Assembly (NCBI GenBank): GCA_043819555.1
Contig: JBDREQ010000066.1
Location: 72,695 to 136,694 of the forward strand
Source: Candidatus Zixiibacteriota bacterium
Lineage (GTDB): Bacteria; Zixibacteria; MSB-5A5; GN15; JAAZOE01
Length of the DNA stretch: 64,000 nucleotides
Direction: 5' to 3'
Part shown: positions 37,929 through 47,122 of the stretch, piece after piece
How positions within the stretch are numbered: position 1 is the stretch's first letter
How the letters are laid out: every line of letters starts with the position of its first letter
The notes under the pieces: generated by a model
Told to the model about the DNA's origin: nothing
The model's database searches: none
The model's input: only the letters and a program-made list of their open reading frames with translations
Translations under genes and position numbers: made by a program

Positions 37929-38111
37929 GACAGAACAAAGCCAATTTGCTGTAACTGAAAGAGGAATATAATATTACACGGCATTTTGCGACGTAATATG
38001 TGGATAACTCTAACCATAGATTGCCACAATCCCGTTTCACGGGATTTCGCAATGACTGATATGAATATATGTGCGTCATCACGAGTCCTGCGATAGCGGA
38101 ACGCGGCGATC
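37929..38111 (+). repeat. Composite ~180-bp repeat element, copy B (inverted relative to copy A)
   Basis: GACAGAACAAAGCCAATTTGCTGTAA, TGTGGATAA at 37999, AGATTGCCAC...CGCAATGAC, GTCATC...GGCGATC. Confidence 0.7.
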
Positions 38112-38117
38112 AAATTC

Positions 38118-38154
38118 AAAAAAAAGCAGGAGTCTTGCAAAACAAAACTCCTGC
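38118..38154 (-). terminator. Intrinsic terminator after icd
   Basis: Hairpin GCAGGAGT/ACTCCTGC with a U8 tract on the minus strand. Confidence 0.75.
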
Positions 38155-38205
38155 CTATGAAAGTGAATGGTGTCTGTCAAAGAAGCATTATCATCATCAC
38201 ATCGT

Positions 38206-39456
38206 TTATTTCATATTCTTAACAATCGCTTCGGCGTATTTGGAAGTCGACAGTTTCTTAGCGCCTTTCATCAAACGATGCAGATCGTACGTAACCGTCT
38301 TCTTCTGAATCGTTTTTTCAATCGCCTTGACAACCATTGTCGCCGCTTTATCCCAGCCGAGATACTCAAGCATCATCACGCCGGAAAGAATCAGCGATCC
38401 CGGATTGACCATGTCTTTGTCGGCGTACTTCGGCGCGGTGCCGTGAGTCGCCTCAAAGAGACCGACAAAATCGCCGATATTAGCGCCGGGAGCCATTCCC
38501 AGTCCGCCCACCTGCGCGGCGGCGGCATCGGACATATAATCGCCGTTAAGATTCGGCGTCGCGATAATATCGTATTCATCGGTGCGGGTCAGAATCTGCT
38601 GGAACATCGAATCGGCAATGCGATCCTTAATGACAATTTTGCCTTTCGGCTGTTTGCCTTTGTATTTGCTCCAAAGTTGATCCTCGGTGATGGTCTTTTT
38701 CGGAAATTCTTTCGCCGCCAGTTTATAACCCCAGTCACGGAAGGCACCCTCGGTGTATTTCATGATGTTGCCTTTGTGCATCAGCGTTACCGATTTCAGC
38801 TTGCGTTCTATGGCATACTGAATCGCTTTGCGGACGAGGTTATTGGTGTTCCTTACCGAAATCGGTTTGATACCGATACCCGAATCGAGGCGAATGTTGC
38901 ATTTCATGTTCTTATTGATCCAGTTAATAACCTTCAGGGCTTCTTTGGTGCCTTTGCGCCATTCGATTCCGGAATAAACATCTTCGGTATTCTCACGGAA
39001 AATACAGATATCCATTTTTTCCGGAGCCTTGACGGGCGATGGTACGCCTTTAAAATATCTAACCGGACGCACGCAGGCATACAAATCGAGAACCTGGCGA
39101 AGAGTTACATTAAGCGAACGAAAACCGCCGCCAACGGGAGTGGTCAGAGGACCCTTGAGCGCGACATAATAATATTTAATAGCGTCAAAAGTTTCCTGCG
39201 GAATCCACTCTTTATAAATGCGGTTGGCGTTTTCACCGGCATAGACATCCATCCAGGCGATTTTCTTTTTGCCCTTATATGCCTTCTCAACGGCGGCATC
39301 AAGAACGACGCGAGTCGCCTTCATGATGTCGCGGCCGATACCATCCCCTTCGATAACCGGAATAATCGGTCTGTTGGGGATGCTGAGTTTTTTATTCTTG
39401 ATTGTTATTCGCTGTCCGGTTTCGGGAATCTTAATATGTTTATATTTTGGTGCCAC
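38206..39456 (-). CDS. icd: Isocitrate dehydrogenase (dimeric, NADP-type)
   Basis: [57 protein letters not shown]. Confidence 0.97.
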   Translation of the reverse strand: MAPKYKHIKIPETGQRITIKNKKLSIPNRPIIPVIEGDGIGRDIMKATRVVLDAAVEKAYKGKKKIAWMDVYAGENANRIYKEWIPQETFDAIKYYYVALKGPLTTPVGGGFRSLNVTLRQVLDLYACVRPVRYFKGVPSPVKAPEKMDICIFRENTEDVYSGIEWRKGTKEALKVINWINKNMKCNIRLDSGIGIKPISVRNTNNLVRKAIQYAIERKLKSVTLMHKGNIMKYTEGAFRDWGYKLAAKEFPKKTITEDQLWSKYKGKQPKGKIVIKDRIADSMFQQILTRTDEYDIIATPNLNGDYMSDAAAAQVGGLGMAPGANIGDFVGLFEATHGTAPKYADKDMVNPGSLILSGVMMLEYLGWDKAATMVVKAIEKTIQKKTVTYDLHRLMKGAKKLSTSKYAEAIVKNMK

Positions 39457-39469
39457 AATTATCCTCCGT

Positions 39470-40396
39470 TTAATAACCGATTTCCTTCAAAACGCCGCCA
39501 TATTTCTCGGCCGATGTCTGCAGGTCCTTCATTTCGCCTTTGGTCAGGGTTAGTTCAATTACTTTTTCCACACCGTTGGCGCCGAGAACTGCCGGGACGC
39601 CGATGTAGATATTTTTGATTCCGTACTGGCCGTTCAGGTAACACGAACAAGGCAGTAAGCGTTTTTCGTCGCATAGAATTGAGCGCGCCATCTGAACCGA
39701 GGCCGCCGCTGGGGCGTAATAAGCCGAACCGGTTTTGAGCAGTTTGACGATTTCTCCACCGCCGAAACGAGTGCGCTCAGAAATTTCTTTGATCCGTTTG
39801 GCATCAATCAATTCCTTGATTGGAATTCCGGCTACGGTTGTATATCTGGGAAGCGGAACCATGGTATCTCCATGCCCGCCGAGGACCATGGCCTGAACGT
39901 CGGTATAGGCAACGCCAAGTTCCATGGCAATAAAAGCCCGGAAACGCGTCGAATCCAGAACGCCAGCCTGACCGCAAACACGATTCTGCGGGAAACCGGT
40001 GGATTTCCACATGTGATAAGTCATAATATCGAGAGGATTGGAAACGACAATAACGTATGATTGAGGCGCATATTTTTTAATATTCTTGCCGGCATCGCCT
40101 ACAATTTTGGCATTCATGTTTAAAAGATCTTCACGTGACATGCCGGGTTTCCGAGCCAATCCGGCAGTCATGATGACAATATCCGCGCCCTTGATATCTT
40201 TATAATCGTTACTGCCGGTTACCATGCCATTGTAACCGCGGACAGGCGCCGCTTGTGTCAGATCAAGAGCTTTCCCTTGAGGAAATCCCTCGATAATATC
40301 AATCATGACTACTTCGGCCAGATTTGTTTCCGCGGCATACTGTGCCACCGAAGCGCCAACATTTCCGGCCCCGATAACTGCGATTTTCTTGTTCAT
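39470..40396 (-). CDS. mdh: Malate dehydrogenase (LDH-like)
   Basis: [43 protein letters not shown]. Confidence 0.96.
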   Translation of the reverse strand: MNKKIAVIGAGNVGASVAQYAAETNLAEVVMIDIIEGFPQGKALDLTQAAPVRGYNGMVTGSNDYKDIKGADIVIMTAGLARKPGMSREDLLNMNAKIVGDAGKNIKKYAPQSYVIVVSNPLDIMTYHMWKSTGFPQNRVCGQAGVLDSTRFRAFIAMELGVAYTDVQAMVLGGHGDTMVPLPRYTTVAGIPIKELIDAKRIKEISERTRFGGGEIVKLLKTGSAYYAPAAASVQMARSILCDEKRLLPCSCYLNGQYGIKNIYIGVPAVLGANGVEKVIELTLTKGEMKDLQTSAEKYGGVLKEIGY

Positions 40397-40422
40397 TAAT
40401 TGCCTCCGATTCTATTTGTTTA

Positions 40423-41649
40423 TTAGTCCAATTTTACGACCATGTGTCCGGCATCACGGACAATCAATATATTTAAATTTTCTTTTTGTTTTCTTAGTTT
40501 TTGGATTTCGGCATCAATTGATACCGCCGGTTCCCAAAAAACCTGTTTGACTATTTCATGTTTCAGGCCGGTCAGCGCTTTTACATTGATCCGTTTTGAC
40601 ATCATGACAATGCGCGACAGTTTGTGAATCCCCATCGGCGGATTATCCATCGCGGCGTGCGAAAGGACCATATCTTCATCAGATAACTTGCTTGCCAATC
40701 GATAAAATTCATCATTTCCAATCCCTTCATTACAAGAGGAAACGGCTAATATCGTTCCCCCATCGGCAACAGCCATCTGACAATTTTCGACAGCTTTCTG
40801 AAGTTGGTAGAGATTTCTGTCAAGCGGTGGGCGCATCTCGGCGATAACAAGATCAAATGGATGAGGTGATTTATGGGCGTATAAATCTTCCACGATCGCA
40901 ACCGCTTCTTCAAAAGAGGATTTCAATTCTCCGGCAAAAGCATCAATTATTTCATGCTTGCGATTCAAAACTAATTGAATCGAAATCAACGGCGGCAGGG
41001 AAACGCCATCAATTAAGTACTGCAAATTTTCCGCCATCGGGTTGCCAGTTAGCCGCAACGGCTGCGCGTCCAGTGAAATCGCGTGGGCGTGATTGCGCCG
41101 AATTGTCTCAAAATCAGCCAAACCCGGTATAATAGATTTGCGGCCTCCGGTAAAGCCGGCGAAGTAGTGAGGTTCAACCGATCCAATAACCATGATTGAC
41201 GGGTATTCAAAAAGAAGTCTGTTAAGGTAGATTGGATTCCCGCTAAACTCTCCCGAATTCTGCATTGTTTCAGGACCCCGAGAATCGTGAACGAATATCT
41301 TTTCGTTATCGTTACGATTATAACCGTTGAAGATTTGGCTAATTTCTTCTTCATCGGGAACCGGATGGTTGCCCGTCGCGATCACATAATCGGCCTGAAA
41401 ATCAGGATACCATTTTTTGAGTTGAGAAAGAACAATTCCGGTTGGCGTCGGGCGAAAAGCATCATTAACAATCACCATGAGTCGATTTTTTGTTAAATCT
41501 TCAAAGCCGGCAATCTTTAGCCGTTCGAGAAATACCGATTCATTCAGAAGCGGCACGTCATCGGACGGCTCAGCTATAATTAATGTATCTCCTGACTCAA
41601 TCGAGAATGAATGTTCTTCATTCCCGAACGCAACCGAAGGCATATTCAC
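40423..41649 (-). CDS. larA: LarA-family nickel-pincer 2-hydroxyacid racemase/epimerase
   Basis: NDAFRPTP, ATGNH, EPHYFAGFTGGRKS, RRNH, DRNLYQLQKA, CNEGIG. Confidence 0.82.
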   Translation of the reverse strand: MNMPSVAFGNEEHSFSIESGDTLIIAEPSDDVPLLNESVFLERLKIAGFEDLTKNRLMVIVNDAFRPTPTGIVLSQLKKWYPDFQADYVIATGNHPVPDEEEISQIFNGYNRNDNEKIFVHDSRGPETMQNSGEFSGNPIYLNRLLFEYPSIMVIGSVEPHYFAGFTGGRKSIIPGLADFETIRRNHAHAISLDAQPLRLTGNPMAENLQYLIDGVSLPPLISIQLVLNRKHEIIDAFAGELKSSFEEAVAIVEDLYAHKSPHPFDLVIAEMRPPLDRNLYQLQKAVENCQMAVADGGTILAVSSCNEGIGNDEFYRLASKLSDEDMVLSHAAMDNPPMGIHKLSRIVMMSKRINVKALTGLKHEIVKQVFWEPAVSIDAEIQKLRKQKENLNILIVRDAGHMVVKLD

Positions 41650-42048
41650 CTATGCGAAGAAAAACGGAATCTCGACCGCAGTCGATTCCTTAGAATCAGA
41701 AGCATGAACCGAGTTCCGTTGTTTATCAATTCCGATCTCGTCGCGTAATGTCCCACAATCGGCTTCGGCGGGATCGGTGGCGCCAATAAATGTTCTCAAA
41801 TCTACAATCGCATTATCTTTTTCAAGTACCATGGGGACAATTCGCCCGGATGACATATAATCAGTCAAAGCATCATAGAAGGCGCGTTCCCTGTGGACGA
41901 AATAAAACTTTCCGGCATCCTCCTTGGAAAGCTTTACCATTTTCAATTCAACTATAGTAAAGCCAACCTTTTCCAGTCGGCTTATGATATATCCTATCAA
42001 GTTTCTTTCCGTCGCGTCCGGCTTGATTATCAATAATGTTCGTTCCAC
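41650..42048 (-). CDS. ndk: Nucleoside-diphosphate kinase
   Basis: ERTLLIIKPDA, IGATDP, GTLR, NSVHASDS. Confidence 0.96.
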   Translation of the reverse strand: MERTLLIIKPDATERNLIGYIISRLEKVGFTIVELKMVKLSKEDAGKFYFVHRERAFYDALTDYMSSGRIVPMVLEKDNAIVDLRTFIGATDPAEADCGTLRDEIGIDKQRNSVHASDSKESTAVEIPFFFA

Positions 42049-42050
42049 TA

Positions 42051-42656
42051 TTATCCCTGAGGCGGCCTGACTTTTTTGGCGAGTTTAAATCCGATTTCCA
42101 GGGCTTTAAGGTTTTTCTCTTCAGTGCCTTTGGGGGCGCGCTCTTTAACGACTTTTCTAATCGCATCGCGGGAGACGATTTGAGTTAATTCGACGATTAC
42201 ACCCAGAGCCATCACATTGGCGACCATCGGATGGCCGACCTGTTCACGGGCGGTGCGAATAAATGGAAATCCGTAGCTGTTTTTAATCGGAATCTTAGTG
42301 ACCATATTCGATTCGACAATGAGAATTCCATCGGATTTCAAATCCTTATAGTATTTGTCGCAAGCTTCCTGAGTAAAAGCCAAAAGCAGGTCAAGCTTCA
42401 TCGTTTTGGGATAATAAACTTCCTCCCTGGAAATTACGACATCAGCGCGGCTGGCGCCTCCGCGCGCTTCCGGGCCATAACTTTGTGTCTGAACGACATT
42501 AAACTTCGGTTCTGAAGCAGTAGCCTGGGCCAATAAAATAGCCGCCAAAATGACGCCGTGTCCTCCGGATCCGGAGATTCGGATTTCATAGCGATCATCT
42601 GAAGGCGATTTTTTCTTTTTATTTTTCTGCGCCTTGTCTTGAGTAGTCGTAGACAT
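42051..42656 (-). CDS. korC: 2-oxoacid:ferredoxin oxidoreductase gamma subunit (KorC-like)
   Basis: IRISGSGGHG, QSYGPEARGGAS, NVMALG. Confidence 0.9.
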   Translation of the reverse strand: MSTTTQDKAQKNKKKKSPSDDRYEIRISGSGGHGVILAAILLAQATASEPKFNVVQTQSYGPEARGGASRADVVISREEVYYPKTMKLDLLLAFTQEACDKYYKDLKSDGILIVESNMVTKIPIKNSYGFPFIRTAREQVGHPMVANVMALGVIVELTQIVSRDAIRKVVKERAPKGTEEKNLKALEIGFKLAKKVRPPQG

Positions 42657-42657
42657 A

Positions 42658-43503
42658 TCAGTCTCGCCCTTCTTTCTGGAATCTTTGAATTATTTTTTCG
42701 TATTCCTCGCAGAATTCCGGTTTTTCAATATCCCATAGAACACCCGTCAAAAACTTGCCTTCCAGTTTTTCGGGCGGAAGAGATTTTGCCGCTTTGATCG
42801 GCATCGCATGCGCCTTCATCCATTTGAGCATTGCCACAGCATCGCCTTCTTTATTCATGCGGCCATAGTATGTATGACAGTTTGACACCGCTTCGACCAA
42901 TGAGAAACCTTTCTTTTCGAGGGCGCCAATAATCAGTTTATCGAGTTGCTGGACGTGATAAACGGTTCCACGGGCAATATATGTTGCTCCCGCGCCTTTG
43001 GCCAGATGGGCAGTATCGAAGTTATTTTCCACGTTGCCATAGGGCGCCGTAGTGGCAAATGATTGCGATGGCGTTGCCGGACTGCATTGACCGCCGGTCA
43101 TGCCATAAATCTGGTTGTTTATCAAAATTGTTGTGATATCAATATTGCGACGACAGGCATGAATAAAATGATTGCCGCCAATTGCCATCCCATCGCCATC
43201 GCCGGTGACAACAATGACTTTCAGATTGGGTTTGGCCAGTTTGACGCCAGTCGCGAAACCAATCGCCCGGCCATGCGTCGTATGCAGGGTATTGAAATCA
43301 CAATAGACCGGAAGGCGGCTGCTGCAGCCTATTCCGGACACAAGCGCGATATCACTTTTGCGATATTCCAATTTATCGATAGCGCGGATGATTGATCCCA
43401 TAACCGTTCCAATGCCGCAACCCGGGCACCAGACGTTGGGAAAATTCTTCTTTACCCTTAAATACTGATGGGTAACATCCGAAGCTTGTATTGTGCCGGG
43501 CAT
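42658..43503 (-). CDS. korB: 2-oxoacid:ferredoxin oxidoreductase beta subunit (KorB-like)
   Basis: WCPGCG, SGIGCS, HTTHGR, GDGD..AIGGNH, NNQIYGMTGGQ. Confidence 0.93.
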   Translation of the reverse strand: MPGTIQASDVTHQYLRVKKNFPNVWCPGCGIGTVMGSIIRAIDKLEYRKSDIALVSGIGCSSRLPVYCDFNTLHTTHGRAIGFATGVKLAKPNLKVIVVTGDGDGMAIGGNHFIHACRRNIDITTILINNQIYGMTGGQCSPATPSQSFATTAPYGNVENNFDTAHLAKGAGATYIARGTVYHVQQLDKLIIGALEKKGFSLVEAVSNCHTYYGRMNKEGDAVAMLKWMKAHAMPIKAAKSLPPEKLEGKFLTGVLWDIEKPEFCEEYEKIIQRFQKEGRD

Positions 43504-44648
43504 TATTTCACCTCCACTATTTTCTTGAAAATTTCAACCGGGTTGAGAACTTCGCCGTCGTAGCGGTTAAGCTGTTCGACTTTGCAACTGCGCGGGGCGA
43601 TTCGTTTTATCTCGTTGACCAATTGACCCATATTCAATTCCACGACGAGAATTTTGCGGGCGTGCGCCAAATGTTCTCGTATCTGGTCATCGGGAAACGG
43701 CCATATGGTAATGGGGCGAATTAAACCGGCATGAATTCTTTTTTCGCGGGCCATATGCACGGCCTGTCGAGCCGCCCGGGCGGCAATGCCATAGGCAAAG
43801 ACGCATATGCTGGCATCCTCTGTCATTTCTGTTTCGAGTTGAACGATTTCGTCCGTGAAACGCATAATCTTATTGCGAATTTTATCCAGTTTTTGCTGGA
43901 TCTCTACCGGTTTGGCTGTCGGAAATCCTTCCGGGTCGTGAGTCAATCCGGTAACATGAAATCTGTAACCATCGCCATAACCTGCCATGGGAGAAACCAG
44001 GCTGGGGGTTATTTCATAATGATGATACCATTCTGAGGGAACATCCGGTTTTTCGCGATTGATAACTTCCAATTCGCCTTCTTCCGGCAATGTAATTGCT
44101 TCGCGCATGTGGCCGATAACTTCATCGGTCAGAATTGTGACCGGAGTGCGAAATCGTTCGGCAAAATTGAAAGCTTTTACAGTTTGCTCAAAACACTCCC
44201 TGACAGAAGCCGGGGCAACCGAAATTGCCGTATAATCGCCATGAGTTCCCCAGCGAGCCTGCATCGTATCGGATTGAGAAACTTTGGTGGGAAGTCCCGT
44301 AGAAGGTCCGCCTCTTTGGACGTCAACGATGACGCAAGGAGTTTCGGTAATATAGGCATAGCCGATATTTTCCTGCATCAGCGAAAATCCCGGACCGCTG
44401 GTCGCGGTCATTGATTTGACGCCCGCGATTGAGGCTCCTATAACCGCGGCCATGGAACCAATTTCATCTTCCATTTGAATAAAACGACCGCCGTACTTGG
44501 GGAGCATTCGAGCCATCCCTTCGGCCACTTCAGTCGAAGGAGTAATCGGGTATCCGCCGAAGAAGCGGCATCCAGCATAAATCGCGGCGAGTGCGCAGGC
44601 CTCATTACCCTGGATTAACTTTCGAACGGAATTTTTATTATTTGACAT
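43503..44648 (-). CDS. korA: 2-oxoacid:ferredoxin oxidoreductase alpha subunit (KorA-like)
   Basis: GYPITPSTE, QMEDE, TATSGPG, QRGGPSTGLPT, ELNMGQ. Confidence 0.93.
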   Translation of the reverse strand: MSNNKNSVRKLIQGNEACALAAIYAGCRFFGGYPITPSTEVAEGMARMLPKYGGRFIQMEDEIGSMAAVIGASIAGVKSMTATSGPGFSLMQENIGYAYITETPCVIVDVQRGGPSTGLPTKVSQSDTMQARWGTHGDYTAISVAPASVRECFEQTVKAFNFAERFRTPVTILTDEVIGHMREAITLPEEGELEVINREKPDVPSEWYHHYEITPSLVSPMAGYGDGYRFHVTGLTHDPEGFPTAKPVEIQQKLDKIRNKIMRFTDEIVQLETEMTEDASICVFAYGIAARAARQAVHMAREKRIHAGLIRPITIWPFPDDQIREHLAHARKILVVELNMGQLVNEIKRIAPRSCKVEQLNRYDGEVLNPVEIFKKIVEVK

Positions 44649-44658
44649 TACACCATCC

Positions 44659-44955
44659 TCACTTGTAGTTCGATGTTATAACAAAATCAGGGTAATGCAG
44701 CCAGCAAATGGCACACTGCGTACACTGTTCAGGTCTGGCCAGTATCGGTTTGCCGTCCCGGTCAGGGTCAAAGACGTTCTGGGGACAAAACGCGATACAG
44801 ATATTGCAGGCCTTACACCAGTGCAGATATAGGTTTAAAGGAGGGAGGCCTTTGCCTTCCTGATAAGGATACTTAATCTTTATTTCCTCAGTTGTTTCTT
44901 TGGAAGACTGACCTTTTGTTTTTTCCTCAGCCATGATGTACTCCTGGGTAATCAC
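44659..44955 (-). CDS. korD: 2-oxoacid:ferredoxin oxidoreductase delta (ferredoxin-like) subunit
   Basis: CKACNICIAFCP and CTQCAICWLHYP; upstream of korA. Confidence 0.85.
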   Translation of the reverse strand: MITQEYIMAEEKTKGQSSKETTEEIKIKYPYQEGKGLPPLNLYLHWCKACNICIAFCPQNVFDPDRDGKPILARPEQCTQCAICWLHYPDFVITSNYK

Positions 44956-44965
44956 TGCGTGATAT

Positions 44966-45937
44966 TTATTTTTTTCTGGCGGCTGCTTTTTTGATCTTCT
45001 TAGCGGCCGTCTTTTTTACTGTTTTCTTAGTTGTTTTCTTGGCGGCTCCCTTTTTCGGCATCTTCTTCCCTTTCAGTTTTTCGGCCAAAAGACCGGGTAA
45101 ATCCAGCGGAGAGGTTGCAACAGGGATTCCAGCTTTATTCAGGGCAGTCACCTTATCAGCGGCAGTACCCGAAGAGCCGGAAATAATGGCACCGGCGTGT
45201 CCCATCCTTTTTCCGGGAGGCGCTGTTCGTCCGGCGATAAAGGCCACAACTGGTTTAGTCATTTTTTTCTTAATAAAGTTGGCGGCATCTTCTTCGTCCG
45301 ATCCGCCGATTTCACCAATCATGACCACGCCTTTGGTTGATGTATCATTTTCGAAGGCCTCAAGGCAATCGATAAAGTTGGTTCCAATAACCTGATCTCC
45401 GCCAATGCCGATACAGGTTGACTGACCCATTCCTCCAGCGGTAAGGGCGAAAATAACCTCATATGTCAGGGTTCCGCTTCTCGAGACGACCCCAATATTT
45501 CCCTTTTTGCAAATATCACCGGGAATAATGCCAACTTTTGTTAGCCCGGGCGAAATGATGCCGGGGCAATTCGGACCTATTAGACGAATGCCGCGATGCT
45601 TGATATAGTGATAAACTTTCATCATATCATTCGCTGGAAGTCCTTCCGTAATGCAGACGACGGTTTTTATACCGGCATCAACCGCCTCATAGATAGAATC
45701 AGCGGCGAACGCCGGAGGAACATAAATTACCGATGTATTCGCTTTGGTTTTAGCGACAGCAGCTGCGACGTTATTAAATACGGGTATTCCCGCGACTTTT
45801 GTCCCGCCTTTTCCCGGGGTAACGCCGGCAACGACATTGGTTCCATATTTTTTCATTTGCTGAGCATGAAAAGAACCATCACGGCCGGTAATCCCCTGGA
45901 CAATGACTTTGGATTTTTTATCTACAAAAATAGCCAT
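44966..45937 (-). CDS. sucD: Succinyl-CoA synthetase alpha subunit with Lys/Ala-rich tail
   Basis: [32 protein letters not shown] (phospho-His). Confidence 0.97.
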   Translation of the reverse strand: MAIFVDKKSKVIVQGITGRDGSFHAQQMKKYGTNVVAGVTPGKGGTKVAGIPVFNNVAAAVAKTKANTSVIYVPPAFAADSIYEAVDAGIKTVVCITEGLPANDMMKVYHYIKHRGIRLIGPNCPGIISPGLTKVGIIPGDICKKGNIGVVSRSGTLTYEVIFALTAGGMGQSTCIGIGGDQVIGTNFIDCLEAFENDTSTKGVVMIGEIGGSDEEDAANFIKKKMTKPVVAFIAGRTAPPGKRMGHAGAIISGSSGTAADKVTALNKAGIPVATSPLDLPGLLAEKLKGKKMPKKGAAKKTTKKTVKKTAAKKIKKAAARKK

Positions 45938-45946
45938 AATTTCCTC

Positions 45947-47092
45947 CTATCCCTCATTCAGTCCGGCCAGTTTGATTGCCTTTTGCACAACCGCATCAAG
46001 AGTCGGAGCGGTCGGCAAATTAATTTCCTTCATGATTTTTCTGGCGGCGCCCTCGTTGGTACCGGTCAGACGAGTCACCACCGGTACATCCGGGTTCAGC
46101 TCTTTGAAGGCAGCCACGATACCAGTGGCAACGTCATCGCAGCGAGTAATTCCGCCAAAAATATTTATCAGGATAGCTTTTACATTGGGGTCGCCAAGAA
46201 TGATTTTCATGGCCTTAAGCACTTTGTCCGGATTTGACGAACCGCCGATATCGAGGAAATTGGCCGGATCGCCGCCATAATGTTTGACCAAATCCATGGT
46301 AGCCATCGCCAAACCCGCGCCGTTAACTATACATCCAATATTGCCATCCAGTTTAATAAACGATAGCCCGGCTTCGCGGGCTTCAACTTCGGCGGGAATT
46401 TCGGCATCAATATCGCGCATGGCTTCGATTTCCTTAAGACGAAACAGGCCATTATCGTCAATATTAAGCTTGGCGTCAATAGCAATAACCTGATTTATGG
46501 GAGTTGTAATTAAGGGATTAATTTCCACCAGGGAGGCGTCAACTTTCCAAAAGACATCATACAATTTCATAATAATATCGGAGACTTGACGAACCAGTTT
46601 TATATCGCGAAAAACTTTGTAGGCCAGATTGCGGGCCTCAAAGGGGCGCAGTCCGACCCGCGGATTAACTGCCAATTTATGGATCTTTTCCGGCGTTTTG
46701 GCAGCGACCTCCTCAATGTCGATCCCGCCCGCGGCAGAAATCATTATCACCGGCATTTTGGTCGCGCGATCAAGAATTATCCCCAAATACGTTTCGGAAG
46801 TAATATCAACGGCTTCCGTAATTAAAACCTTTTTTACCGGAAGGCCCTTAATATCCATACCGAGAATGCTCTGGGCCCAAATTTTCACGGCTTCAAGGTT
46901 TTCTGCGTATTTAACACCTCCGGCTTTGCCTCTTCCGCCAACATGCACTTGAGCTTTTACCATCACCGGACGAGCCAAATTTTCGGCAATTTCAATGGCT
47001 TCTTGTACAGTCGTGGCTATTTTTCCTTGCGGAACGGGAATTCCTGCCGCATGGAAAATTTCCTTTGCCTGATATTCATGAACTTTCATCAA
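45947..47092 (-). CDS. sucC: Succinyl-CoA synthetase beta subunit
   Basis: HEYQAK, KAQVHVGGRGKAGGV, EINPL, NGAGLAMATMD, ANFLDIGG, NIFGGI. Confidence 0.97.
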   Translation of the reverse strand: MMKVHEYQAKEIFHAAGIPVPQGKIATTVQEAIEIAENLARPVMVKAQVHVGGRGKAGGVKYAENLEAVKIWAQSILGMDIKGLPVKKVLITEAVDITSETYLGIILDRATKMPVIMISAAGGIDIEEVAAKTPEKIHKLAVNPRVGLRPFEARNLAYKVFRDIKLVRQVSDIIMKLYDVFWKVDASLVEINPLITTPINQVIAIDAKLNIDDNGLFRLKEIEAMRDIDAEIPAEVEAREAGLSFIKLDGNIGCIVNGAGLAMATMDLVKHYGGDPANFLDIGGSSNPDKVLKAMKIILGDPNVKAILINIFGGITRCDDVATGIVAAFKELNPDVPVVTRLTGTNEGAARKIMKEINLPTAPTLDAVVQKAIKLAGLNEG

Positions 47093-47122
47093 ACAGCTCC
47101 AATGGTTATATCTATTCCAAAA

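Noticed and set aside
33963..38007. Replication origin suggested by two perfect DnaA boxes
   Set aside because: The boxes are single, 4 kb apart and inside repeat elements; there is no box cluster and no dnaA, dnaN or gidA nearby.
37161..38140. ORFs of 103, 193, 74 and 84 aa in the fusA-icd gap
   Set aside because: They run through palindromic repeat mosaics and lack an RBS or protein-like composition.
38167..39618. 483-aa plus-strand ORF
   Set aside because: Antisense shadow of icd.
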